DNA of 30,049 nt from a virus (taxonomy: Duplodnaviria; Heunggongvirae; Uroviricota; Caudoviricetes). The stretch's first letter is position 1. Every line of letters begins with the position of its first letter. The position numbers and the translations under genes were made by a program. Shown here piece by piece: positions 9,281 to 17,774 of this stretch. Below the pieces are notes generated by a model that searched no databases, had not been told where the DNA came from, and was given only the letters and a program-made list of their open reading frames with translations. The stretch lies in the IMG/VR virus record IMGVR_UViG_2667528045_000005. One strand, written 5' to 3'.

Positions 9281-9885
9281 GCGTTCACTCTCAGGTTATC
9301 AATCAAATGGATGGCCGAGGCCGGGTAATATTCACCGCCGACGACAATCTCCTCGGGGGTGTAGGGGTAAACAGTCAGCGCGTCGCCGTGATAGCATCCC
9401 GCGCCGACATACAGTTCGCCGGTCGAGCTCAGACTGATAGCCAGCCCGGTCAGGTGGCGACTTGCCGGTTTGGCGTCTTCAATCAGGCGCTCAAGCTCCT
9501 GATACATTTCGTCAGTGATGCCGCTGTCGAGGACGCCAACAACGAGGCGGAATGTGCCTGGCTCCTCGTCGAGTTGCCACCACTCGCGCACCTCAATCAG
9601 AAAGCCGAGCGGCTCGACGACCCGACGCAATGCGCTGATGGTGCCTTTGTGCTGATGGACGAAAAACGAGGACGCGCAGACGTTGCGCTTTGTCGCCTCC
9701 GGCCATTTCTCATCCCACCTGTCGACCGACAGCGCCCACGCCAGATACGGCAGCAGCTTTACCGGGCAGGTGCGCCAGTTCCACAGGGTGCGCAGCGGTA
9801 CCGGCACGCGCTGAATCTCAGAGAACGCAGCGGCGGCGGCAACCTCCAGCGGCGACGAGCCAACGGGTAATAGCCGGTCACTCAT
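9277..9885 (-). CDS. I: baseplate assembly protein gpI
   Basis: 202 aa; position and sequence consistent with P2 gpI. Confidence 0.85.
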   Translation of the reverse strand: MSDRLLPVGSSPLEVAAAAAFSEIQRVPVPLRTLWNWRTCPVKLLPYLAWALSVDRWDEKWPEATKRNVCASSFFVHQHKGTISALRRVVEPLGFLIEVREWWQLDEEPGTFRLVVGVLDSGITDEMYQELERLIEDAKPASRHLTGLAISLSSTGELYVGAGCYHGDALTVYPYTPEEIVVGGEYYPASAIHLIDNLRVNA

Positions 9886-10786
9886 CCGAGCCCCCGATAG
9901 TTATCTGGTACTCAGTACAATTCGACGCCTGCGACTTACTCAGCACAATGTCGGCCTGCGGTGATGCCAGTTCGACACGCTGCACCCCCTCAACATGCAG
10001 CGCCGCGTAAATGGCCGACAGACGGATATCACGCCCGAGGCGGTGCTGCGCGCTGATGTAACTCTGCAGCTTTTGTTCTGATGCCTGCCTGATGGGCTCA
10101 GACTCGGGGCCGGGGTAAACGTAGAGCGTCGCGTCAATTTGGTACGGCACAATCTCGGCTGACTGGACGGTCACCCGGTCAGCCACCGGGCGCACATCTT
10201 CGGCATTCAGCGCTTTATCAACAATCGCCAGTAAATCAGGGCTGGCGGTGCCGTTGCCCTCACGTGATAGCACAGTAATCGTCACGCAGGCTGGCGACGG
10301 ACTGGCGACCGAAACGTCAGCGACCCGCCCGTCGGCACTGCGACCATGATACTCATATGCTCCGACCGGCCCCGCCACACTCAAGCCCTCAAACGCTTGT
10401 TGCGTGCGCAGTCGCAGGTCAGTATCTGATTCCATAACGGCAGGCGTCGGCGGGATGGTAGTGTCATCCGCCGGGGTGATGGTCAGGCGCTCGGTATTGT
10501 TGTTCCCGGCCACGACGTCGAGGTCGTTACCGGCAGAATAGGCCAGCGTTACCGCCTGCGCGGCTTCGTTCACCCGCTGACGCCAGATAATTTCACGGTA
10601 GGCGTTTTCCTGCAGCAGCTTAACAATCGGCTCTGACTCAAGTGCGAGCGTCCGGGCAATGGCCTCCTGCTGGTCTTCGGGATAGAGCGAAATCAGTATC
10701 GCTTTGCGTTCCGCAAGGATGGTTTCATAGTCCAGTTCCTCAACCACATCGGGAACGGGTAACTGACTCAGGTCAACGTTTGCCAT
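9878..10786 (-). CDS. J: baseplate protein gpJ
   Basis: 302 aa; P2 gpJ-like (gp6-like baseplate wedge). Confidence 0.88.
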   Translation of the reverse strand: MANVDLSQLPVPDVVEELDYETILAERKAILISLYPEDQQEAIARTLALESEPIVKLLQENAYREIIWRQRVNEAAQAVTLAYSAGNDLDVVAGNNNTERLTITPADDTTIPPTPAVMESDTDLRLRTQQAFEGLSVAGPVGAYEYHGRSADGRVADVSVASPSPACVTITVLSREGNGTASPDLLAIVDKALNAEDVRPVADRVTVQSAEIVPYQIDATLYVYPGPESEPIRQASEQKLQSYISAQHRLGRDIRLSAIYAALHVEGVQRVELASPQADIVLSKSQASNCTEYQITIGGSDE

Positions 10787-10792
10787 AGTGAT

Positions 10793-11140
10793 TTAACTCA
10801 GTGAAACAGTGGTTGAAACTGACGCACCGGTATCGGTACGCATCCCGGTAATATCGACATACATTTCGCCAGCGTCGCCGGTCTCAAAGCTGATGGCGGT
10901 AAGCCTGATGCGCGGCTCCCACTTCTGGATAGCCGAATAGCACGCCACCATAATTTGCAGCCTGAGCGCCGGGTTTTGCGGCATATCAATCAGCGCCGAC
11001 AGAAGCGAGCCATATTCTCGACGCATTACCCGCGAACCGACCGGCGTCAGCAGAATATCGCGCATGCTCTGGCTGATATGCTCGGTATCGCTGATGCCGA
11101 GGCCGGTATTTCGGTTCATACCCTGATAGCGCGCCGTCAT
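10793..11140 (-). CDS. W: baseplate protein gpW (gp25-like)
   Basis: 115 aa; matches P2 gpW length and sequence pattern. Confidence 0.88.
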   Translation of the reverse strand: MTARYQGMNRNTGLGISDTEHISQSMRDILLTPVGSRVMRREYGSLLSALIDMPQNPALRLQIMVACYSAIQKWEPRIRLTAISFETGDAGEMYVDITGMRTDTGASVSTTVSLS

Positions 11141-11772
11141 AACGGTGTCCCCGTTTGCCCGCCGCTGTCCCCCGGGTGTTTATGGGTGTGGAGTACCTTG
11201 CCATTAGACGACAGTGACCCGCCGGTATGTTCGATATTGCCGCTCATCTTGCCGCCTTTTTGTACCTCAAGCGTCGCTGTCGTCAGCTTATTGGTGCAAA
11301 TTACCTCCGGGGTGTCGAGGGTGATACTGGTCGAGGCTTTCACCAGTACCAGCGGTACGGTTGCAGTGATGGACTCCGATGCCGTCACGTCGGCAGTTTT
11401 GATACCGCTGACCGTCAGCGCGCCGGTCTCGGGCTCGTACTCAATGACCGCACCATCAGGGAAAACCACATGCCACGCATCCGCCGAGGCAGAGGGGGCG
11501 GGGTTATCGTCGGAGAAAATTCCAGGCAGCACGAAAGCGGTATCAAGCTCGCCACCGATTGCCAGCAGCAGAACCTGCTCACCGACCGAGGGAGCCCACC
11601 ACGTCCGCGAACGACCGGCGCGGGTGGTCAGCCAGTTCAGCCATGTAGTCTGGATCCCGCCGCTTTGTACGCGGCACAGCCCCTGCACGGTATCAACCTC
11701 AGTCACCACACCTGAGCGGATGAGGTTGCGAATCGCACGCGCGAGCTCCTGTATCGTGTATAACGTATTCAT
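11137..11772 (-). CDS. V: baseplate spike protein gpV
   Basis: 211 aa; P2 gpV-like. Confidence 0.88.
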   Translation of the reverse strand: MNTLYTIQELARAIRNLIRSGVVTEVDTVQGLCRVQSGGIQTTWLNWLTTRAGRSRTWWAPSVGEQVLLLAIGGELDTAFVLPGIFSDDNPAPSASADAWHVVFPDGAVIEYEPETGALTVSGIKTADVTASESITATVPLVLVKASTSITLDTPEVICTNKLTTATLEVQKGGKMSGNIEHTGGSLSSNGKVLHTHKHPGDSGGQTGTPL

Positions 11773-11840
11773 AGTGCAAGGATGCCTCTGGTCTGGAGTC
11801 GCGCCAATTCGCGCGGCTCCGGTGGTGGTTCACACAATAT

Positions 11841-12290
11841 TTATTTGCCGAGATGCCTGATAATGACGTCTTCAATCATCTGCTCATCGTCGCGGGTGAA
11901 ACCGAGTAACGGGCGCGCCTCGTACTGCACATCCCGGCTGTTGCGGTTTGGTCTGTCTTTGAGCCCGTACTGATGCACCCGCGCCATGCGCTGCACCTTG
12001 CCGGTAAACTCCACCACCGCCGCACTGTCGCTGCCTTTGGCTTTCATAAAGCGACTGGTGCGCAGTTTGGCGAACATTTCATGTTTAATCCGACCTTTCT
12101 TGCTCCTCACCGGCTGGCGCTTTCGTGCCGCATACGGGGTGCCGTCTGGTGCCTGCTGGCGCTTGATACGCTGTTGCTGACTGGTACGCAGCCTTTTCGC
12201 AATCTCAGCCGCCATTTGCCGACGCGCCGCCGGTGACAGGCTGGCAATCAGACCGGCAAGGCGTTCCTGCAGTGCGGTTAACTCACTCAT
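11841..12290 (-). CDS. S: tail completion protein gpS
   Basis: 149 aa; P2 gpS-like. Confidence 0.85.
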   Translation of the reverse strand: MSELTALQERLAGLIASLSPAARRQMAAEIAKRLRTSQQQRIKRQQAPDGTPYAARKRQPVRSKKGRIKHEMFAKLRTSRFMKAKGSDSAAVVEFTGKVQRMARVHQYGLKDRPNRNSRDVQYEARPLLGFTRDDEQMIEDVIIRHLGK

Positions 12291-12759
12291 CCCACTTACT
12301 CACCAGTTCGCCATTAACGTACAGCTCGACCGGGCGCGTCACCGGCTCAGGCAGCGGCGGCTCAGGGGCATAGCTGACATGCAGCGCGCCGTCGACCTCT
12401 TTGACGAGCGTGCGCTCGGTGAGCCTCAGGCTGATACTGATATCGAGCGAATCGTCGTTATTGATATCAATAATCCAGGTGAATCCTTTTTCCCGCCCGT
12501 CGTCGGTGGTCATAATGTCCGGCTGATGTTCACGCAGCCACGCCTGCACCGGCACGAATATCAAATCAAGGTCACCGGTGAAGTCGGTCACCACCACGTT
12601 AAGCACGTACACCTTTTCAAACGACAGCGAGCTCGCCAGTCTGGAATCGGTATGGCCGTTGTCGGCAAAAAGGCGCAGCATATCGGGGTTGTTTCGGAGC
12701 TGCGGCACGGCGTTAATCAGCGCTTTGCGCAGGCTTTTGTGCTTCTGCATCGAGTTCAT
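12283..12759 (-). CDS. R: tail completion protein gpR
   Basis: 158 aa; P2 gpR-like. Confidence 0.85.
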   Translation of the reverse strand: MNSMQKHKSLRKALINAVPQLRNNPDMLRLFADNGHTDSRLASSLSFEKVYVLNVVVTDFTGDLDLIFVPVQAWLREHQPDIMTTDDGREKGFTWIIDINNDDSLDISISLRLTERTLVKEVDGALHVSYAPEPPLPEPVTRPVELYVNGELVSKWDE

Positions 12760-13003
12760 CCTGACAGTGTTTGACGGTTTTGACCTGTAGCGCGCAGGCG
12801 ATCAGCGCACCCTCAAGGCGGCGGATATCTGCGCTCAGGTCACCATTGGTTTTCGGGTCACTTCCCGGCATCGGGCAAAGGCTCACTCTCGGGCATCCGT
12901 TGACCACAATCACCGGCGCTGGCGCAGGCGGTGCGGATGTGCAACCGACGCACAACATCAGGTAAAGCAGCGTTATACCAGCGGCGAAAGGCTTCATTTT
13001 CAT
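12713..13003 (-). CDS. lysC: LysC outer-membrane spanin (Rz1-like lipoprotein)
   Basis: 96 aa; signal peptide plus lipobox (LCVGC), Pro-rich mature part; begins inside lysB in another frame and runs into R. Confidence 0.72.
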   Translation of the reverse strand: MKMKPFAAGITLLYLMLCVGCTSAPPAPAPVIVVNGCPRVSLCPMPGSDPKTNGDLSADIRRLEGALIACALQVKTVKHCQDELDAEAQKPAQSAD

Positions 13004-13271
13004 TAAGTAACCTCGTTATTGATTGCTCGCGGCGGCTGGCTTCCTCGCTGGCCTTTGCGAGCTGTTCACGCAGTGCCACCTGCGCAGATTCATTACGTCT
13101 GGCAAGCTGACCGGCAACACTGAGCTGATTTTTCAGCATGCCAATCGTCGTCTTTTGTTCGCTCGCGACGCGGTTTGCTGTCTCAAAGGAGCGGGATAAA
13201 TTGCCGTTCTCATGGCGCAACCACAACATCCCGAGCACAGTCAGCACCAGAAGTGTAATCAGGATTTTCAT
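12858..13271 (-). CDS. lysB: LysB inner-membrane spanin (Rz-like)
   Basis: N-terminal TM helix (MKILITLLVLTVLGMLWL) then coiled coil; start trimmed to the ATG that overlaps the K stop (ATGA) rather than the 146-aa ORF-track start. Confidence 0.78.
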   Translation of the reverse strand: MKILITLLVLTVLGMLWLRHENGNLSRSFETANRVASEQKTTIGMLKNQLSVAGQLARRNESAQVALREQLAKASEEASRREQSITRLLNENEAFRRWYNAALPDVVRRLHIRTACASAGDCGQRMPESEPLPDAGK

Positions 13272-13765
13272 TCCATTACCCCGCCAGCGGTGCGCCATAC
13301 GGTGACCAGTTTGTCGAGGCTGTGCTCACGTTGGCCGTAACCGGCACCCGGTAACGACGCCCAGATATTGCGGCACCGTGAAATTGCCCGCTCAATACGC
13401 CCCGCCTTAATATCCTCAATGGCACCGCGTTCGCGGATTAACTGAATCGCAAGTTTGTCCTGCGACAACGGGCTGAAATCAGGCAATGCGAGTTGTTTCT
13501 GATAATGCGGCCAGTAGAGATAAAGCTGTTGGTAACGCCCTGATGCCGTGGATTTTTCGCCGCGTCGATTAAACACTTTCGCTGGTCTGCCATGTGCGAA
13601 AGGGTGGTCGGTGTAGTCGGTGAAAATTTCCGGCTTGCCATCAAGGCCAGTGACAATGACGTCGTAACCACGATTTTTCGTCAGCGGATGCGTCGCCGTC
13701 CCTTCGGAATAGGCCAGCATGTCCAGAAATGCGGCGATATTCTGGTGAGTATTAATGACCGGCAT
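13268..13765 (-). CDS. K: endolysin gpK (lysozyme)
   Basis: Starts MPVINTHQNIAAFLDMLAYSEGT as P2 gpK; 165 aa; the 242-aa ORF in the track is an upstream over-extension. Confidence 0.9.
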   Translation of the reverse strand: MPVINTHQNIAAFLDMLAYSEGTATHPLTKNRGYDVIVTGLDGKPEIFTDYTDHPFAHGRPAKVFNRRGEKSTASGRYQQLYLYWPHYQKQLALPDFSPLSQDKLAIQLIRERGAIEDIKAGRIERAISRCRNIWASLPGAGYGQREHSLDKLVTVWRTAGGVME

Positions 13766-14048
13766 CGCTATCCCCCTGTTGTGACTTAAAGCGGCGCTGA
13801 ATGGCGATTTCCACCACCTGATAACCTGCAATGCCGAGCATGGATCCAATCCCGCAAACGGCAGGCAGTGACATATCTGGAAACTGCACCAGAACAACAC
13901 CGGCGACCATTGAAACAAAACCGCCGAGCAGCATGCGGCCGATAAACAGGCGCGGGGTAATGGGCTCACCACCCGCCAGCACTTTTCCGACAACAATCAT
14001 CACGCCAATCACAAACAGTGACAGGACGCCTTTTTCCCCTTCTGTCAT
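13752..14048 (-). CDS. Y: holin gpY
   Basis: 98 aa with multiple TM segments and charged C-terminus; directly upstream of K. Confidence 0.85.
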   Translation of the reverse strand: MTEGEKGVLSLFVIGVMIVVGKVLAGGEPITPRLFIGRMLLGGFVSMVAGVVLVQFPDMSLPAVCGIGSMLGIAGYQVVEIAIQRRFKSQQGDSDAGH

Positions 14049-14051
14049 GGT

Positions 14052-14255
14052 TTACTCCCAAAGGTTGATAGTTTCTGTTACGGGTGACGATGCCACGTCG
14101 GGCAGGTCAATCGCCGTGCCATGCGGCAGAATGACGCCCAGCTCAGACAGACCGGGATTAGCCTGCAGCACCGTCTCGACCACGCCCTCAGTGCGCCCGT
14201 AATACCGGGCGCAAAGCGCGTCGAGGGTGTCGCCCTGCATCGCGTAGACTTTCAT
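14052..14255 (-). CDS. X: tail protein gpX (LysM-like)
   Basis: Start trimmed to MKVYAMQGDTLDALCARYYGRTEGVVETVL..., matching the 67-aa P2 gpX; ATGA overlap with the L stop. Confidence 0.8.
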   Translation of the reverse strand: MKVYAMQGDTLDALCARYYGRTEGVVETVLQANPGLSELGVILPHGTAIDLPDVASSPVTETINLWE

Positions 14256-14764
14256 CAGAGCTGACCCACGATGCAGCGCGGCTTGTCCTGCAGACGCGAG
14301 ACCGACCAGCGCATATCCCGCCACAGGTCATCAATGGTGGTTTCGACGCTGTCGGCTTTTTTGTCACCCTTGCCCGTGGCCTCAACCCCGCGATAACGCT
14401 CATACAGGGTGGCGGTCGCCATCGCCGTCACGGCGCTGAGGTAGTGGAAAACGCGCACATTCTCGCCGTCGATTTCCTCGGAGTCAGGCACGTCGGCCAG
14501 TGTCTTAAACCCTGCGGCAATCTGGCGCAGCCGGTAGTCGTAAAGCTCCGCATTGGTTTCCGCCATGCCGGTCTTGATGGCGTTGCGCAGGCGCGCATCG
14601 GAAACCGTCTGCTCAAGGCGCATCAGTTCGCGCACCCGCTTCGGATCCACATCAGGGAAAAAGAACGTGTTTTTAATCACTGCGTCGCCCGTCTCCGGTG
14701 CGGGAATCACCACGCCCGGTACGTCCTGCGGTTCGTCGGGCTGATTCAGTATTACTGTCGTCAT
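14255..14764 (-). CDS. L: head completion/stabilisation protein gpL
   Basis: 169 aa; P2 gpL-like. Confidence 0.88.
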   Translation of the reverse strand: MTTVILNQPDEPQDVPGVVIPAPETGDAVIKNTFFFPDVDPKRVRELMRLEQTVSDARLRNAIKTGMAETNAELYDYRLRQIAAGFKTLADVPDSEEIDGENVRVFHYLSAVTAMATATLYERYRGVEATGKGDKKADSVETTIDDLWRDMRWSVSRLQDKPRCIVGQL

Positions 14765-14857
14765 GACAACCTCATTAGGTTGGGCGGTGGACGCCGGTCG
14801 CCGTCAGGGTCAAAACCCGCTTTGACCGGCGTGCCGCCCGGCTCGGGGAGCGTTCAG

Positions 14858-15607
14858 TTAACCGGCGGTTTTTACCGCCTTTGGTGGACGCCCGCGCTTT
14901 GCCGCCGGTTTGTTGGCAGGTTTGCGCGTGCGCGGTTTAGTCGTTTTACGGGGCGCGGCCTCTGGCTTTGGCTTCAATGCCCGTTCCAGTCGCTCAATCT
15001 CCTTGCGCACACCGGCATTGCGGTCGAGCTGCATCGCGCGCTGAAACTGCGCCAGCGCCTCTGCATTCATACCGGCATCACGCAGGGTCAGGCCTGTCAC
15101 CTTATGCAGACGGGCGCGCACCATATCGGGAACGTCAGCGCCGTCGGTCAGGTCGATAGTGGTCTGCAGCCAGGAAAGGTCGACAGACTCACCGGCATCG
15201 CGCAGGCGCTGCGCAGCAAGCGCCACTTCCTCAACCAGCATGTAAGGTGTTGTGCGGCGGTGGTCAGAGGTGAGGCCGTATTTCAGCGCGTACGGGGCAA
15301 TTTCCAGCGCGCCAGCGATATCACCGGCATCGAGACGCCACAGCATGACGGTCATGACAATGTCATCCTGCGCACCACGGCCATCAGCCAGCACACCGGC
15401 GACCCACGGCGCATAGAACGGCAGCAGCTCGCGCTTTTTCTCGGCTTTACGTTCGTTTGAACGGATGTTTTTTAACGTGCGGCGGTCATCGGCCAGCTTA
15501 ACCAGCATCTGCTCATAGGCGGTTGCATGGCGCAGCGGGGCTTGCTCCCGCTGCGCGGCTTGAGAGGCCGAGACCCGCATCATGTGACGCTGTGCGGGGC
15601 TCGTCAT
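14858..15607 (-). CDS. M: terminase small (endonuclease) subunit gpM
   Basis: 249 aa with basic Lys/Pro-rich C-terminal tail; P2 gpM-like. Confidence 0.88.
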   Translation of the reverse strand: MTSPAQRHMMRVSASQAAQREQAPLRHATAYEQMLVKLADDRRTLKNIRSNERKAEKKRELLPFYAPWVAGVLADGRGAQDDIVMTVMLWRLDAGDIAGALEIAPYALKYGLTSDHRRTTPYMLVEEVALAAQRLRDAGESVDLSWLQTTIDLTDGADVPDMVRARLHKVTGLTLRDAGMNAEALAQFQRAMQLDRNAGVRKEIERLERALKPKPEAAPRKTTKPRTRKPANKPAAKRGRPPKAVKTAG

Positions 15608-15610
15608 GGT

Positions 15611-16678
15611 TTAGGCTCCGCTTTCCGGTGCTGCAGGTGCGGTGAAATCGCCCAGGGTGATGTTTTCCAGCAGGCACCCGGCGGCATACGCCTCGACCAC
15701 ATAGTCGATATTCATCGACTCGTAGTTTTCAACGCGGTCTTTTTTCGGGTTTTCATCAATGCTGCGGCGGTGACTCTCATCCATGAAATAGATAGATAGG
15801 TTTTCCAGCGTGGTCACTAACACGGCATTCGCCGGGAAGTACGGCACACGCACAGCAGGCAGGTTGCCGATTCGCTTCTGGCTGATGATGATATCTGCCG
15901 CAAGCGCCTCGCTGTTTTCCTGCGGCTTGTTCACCAGCGGGAAATATTTGTCGGCCAGCAGCTTACGGCCAACGATGGCAACGAGTTTCGGGTCATCCTG
16001 ATAAACCTCGTCAATCAGGTTGTTGGTGGCGTCCATCACCAGCGCGTCGAGGTTCTCATAGTCGCCGTTTCGACCTACACGAATCACTGCTGAAACGACC
16101 TTACCGTCAGCGTCGGTGATGTTGCTCATCACGCGCGTCGGGGCTTCATTGCGGTATTTCTGCAGCCAGCCGACGGCCACATCCTGCAGCATCGGATTTT
16201 TGGTGCGGTCAGAGGTGGCGGCGCGGGTGGTACCGTTAAAACCGGCCATGATGAAATCCAGTGCCTGACGTTTGACAATGGCGTCGCGGATGCGGCGCTG
16301 GAAGTCCTGAAAACGCGCCCACAGGTCGAGGGTTTTATATTTCAGATGGAAGTCAAAATTAATTTGGTCGCACTCGTACTTGTTGGACTCAAGCGCGGTG
16401 AAGTCGGCGGTCTTACGCTCATCATCGCCCGAGGTGTCGGTCGTGCTGGCGATAGTACCGGTCACACCGACGCCGATTTTCTCACCCTTCATTTCTGCGA
16501 CCGGCAGAATATTAATCGTCTGCAGAAACGCGGATGACTCCTGCACTTTGTTCATCAGTGTTTGCGTGACGGACGGCTCGACGGTGAATTTTTTACTGAC
16601 GTCATCAGTGCTGATGCCGTTCAGCTCAGCGACGCGGGTCAGATAGGCATTGAACTTAAAACGGGTATCCGGGCGCAT
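15611..16678 (-). CDS. N: major capsid protein gpN
   Basis: 355 aa; P2 gpN-like. Confidence 0.9.
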   Translation of the reverse strand: MRPDTRFKFNAYLTRVAELNGISTDDVSKKFTVEPSVTQTLMNKVQESSAFLQTINILPVAEMKGEKIGVGVTGTIASTTDTSGDDERKTADFTALESNKYECDQINFDFHLKYKTLDLWARFQDFQRRIRDAIVKRQALDFIMAGFNGTTRAATSDRTKNPMLQDVAVGWLQKYRNEAPTRVMSNITDADGKVVSAVIRVGRNGDYENLDALVMDATNNLIDEVYQDDPKLVAIVGRKLLADKYFPLVNKPQENSEALAADIIISQKRIGNLPAVRVPYFPANAVLVTTLENLSIYFMDESHRRSIDENPKKDRVENYESMNIDYVVEAYAAGCLLENITLGDFTAPAAPESGA

Positions 16679-16754
16679 AGTATTTCCTGTTTGAATTTAT
16701 CGGTTAGTCACTGCATCGGGCGGGGATGCCGCCCGGTTTCTGGTCTGCGGTTTA

Positions 16755-17609
16755 TCAGCAGTCTGTCAGCAGCTCATCGCCACCACCGCCGCTGGCTTTC
16801 GTGCGTCGCGGCTGGCTGAAACTTTCGGTTTTATCGAGGGTGGTTTTCAGGTCGGAAAATGCCTGGCTGGTTTCTTCAACCTTGCCGGTCAGTTCCTGTT
16901 TGAAAGTGGCAAACGCGGTTTCCATAGCGGAAAGGCGCTCGTCCTGTTTTGTCAGGTTGGTTTGCACATGTTCGCTGACGGTGGTCACCGCTTCATGCAC
17001 ATCATTCAGGCGCGCATCGTCGCTGACCTGCTTACGGCTGAAAATGGCTTTCACCTTATCGGCCAGGCTGTTGAGCACCGTGTCGGGAACGTCTTCAAAC
17101 TCCAGCTCGGCCAGAGTGGCAGCGGAAAAGACGTTTTCAGGGTTGGTCTTAAAGCGCTGCAGCGGGTTGTGCTTCGCGTTGCGGCAGAATTCGAGGTATT
17201 CAGTGCCGAGGCTCGCCGGGTCATCGGTGACAGCAAGGCCGACGAGGTAGCATTTGCCGGTATTGGCAAAATTCGGCTGAATTTCCATTGAGGTGTAGAC
17301 CTTCTGCAATTTTTTATTCATAGCAATCAGGTCGTCGGTTGGGGTGATTCTGGCGAACAACGCCCATTTGCCGTTAAGCGCAGAATCGTCGTCAATTATT
17401 TCAGCTTTCAGTTCAACCACATCGCCTAAGCGTTTGAAGTCGCCATCAGGAAAGAGACCGCGAATATGCTCAAGGTTAATGCGGCAACCGTAGACGCGAG
17501 GGTCAAACGATTCGGCCATTTCCTGAATATCGTTGCCGCTGATAATGCGGCCGTCGCAGGTGTCACCCTCGACGCCGATGCGAAAGAATTTTGAGACTTT
17601 TTTTGCCAT
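16755..17609 (-). CDS. O: capsid scaffolding protein gpO
   Basis: 284 aa; P2 gpO-like; divergent from P. Confidence 0.88.
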   Translation of the reverse strand: MAKKVSKFFRIGVEGDTCDGRIISGNDIQEMAESFDPRVYGCRINLEHIRGLFPDGDFKRLGDVVELKAEIIDDDSALNGKWALFARITPTDDLIAMNKKLQKVYTSMEIQPNFANTGKCYLVGLAVTDDPASLGTEYLEFCRNAKHNPLQRFKTNPENVFSAATLAELEFEDVPDTVLNSLADKVKAIFSRKQVSDDARLNDVHEAVTTVSEHVQTNLTKQDERLSAMETAFATFKQELTGKVEETSQAFSDLKTTLDKTESFSQPRRTKASGGGGDELLTDC

Positions 17610-17774
17610 TGTCAGGAGTCCTGAGGTTGAGGTTACTGGTCACCGCCAGTTTCCAGACTCAGGACACGCCAGACCACTAATGACGACTGGACAACCGCCC
17701 ACACAACAGCACCTTAGCGAATCACTGACGGCCATTAAGTAGCCTTGCCCTGAATCCACTACGGCGAGGCATCA
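17610..17774. promoter_or_regulatory. divergent late promoter region (P_O / P_P equivalents)
   Basis: 165-bp gap between divergent O and P starts, the site of the Ogr-activated late promoters in P2; no exact TGT-N12-ACA found, so positional only. Confidence 0.4.

Noticed and set aside
11773-11840. GC-rich imperfect hairpin between S and V as a terminator
   Set aside because: No U-tract follows on the transcribed strand; more likely part of the P_V late promoter region or incidental.
13268-13996. 242-aa ORF for the endolysin
   Set aside because: The first 77 codons overlap holin Y and have no homology; the conserved gpK start (MPVINTHQ) is at 13765.
14444-15460. 338-aa plus-strand ORF
   Set aside because: Antisense to L and M, His/Arg-rich with no motifs; GC-driven artefact.
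16679-16754. Hairpin (CGGGCGG..CCGCCCG) between O and N, and a similar one between M and L (14808-14827)
   Set aside because: Lack U-tracts and sit inside tightly coupled operons; possibly RNA stability elements but there is no evidence beyond the stem.
17610-17774. Exact Ogr-type TGT-N12-ACA site between O and P
   Set aside because: No exact match found; only a CAGGAGTCCTG palindrome and ACA-rich stretch. Region kept as positional promoter call only.
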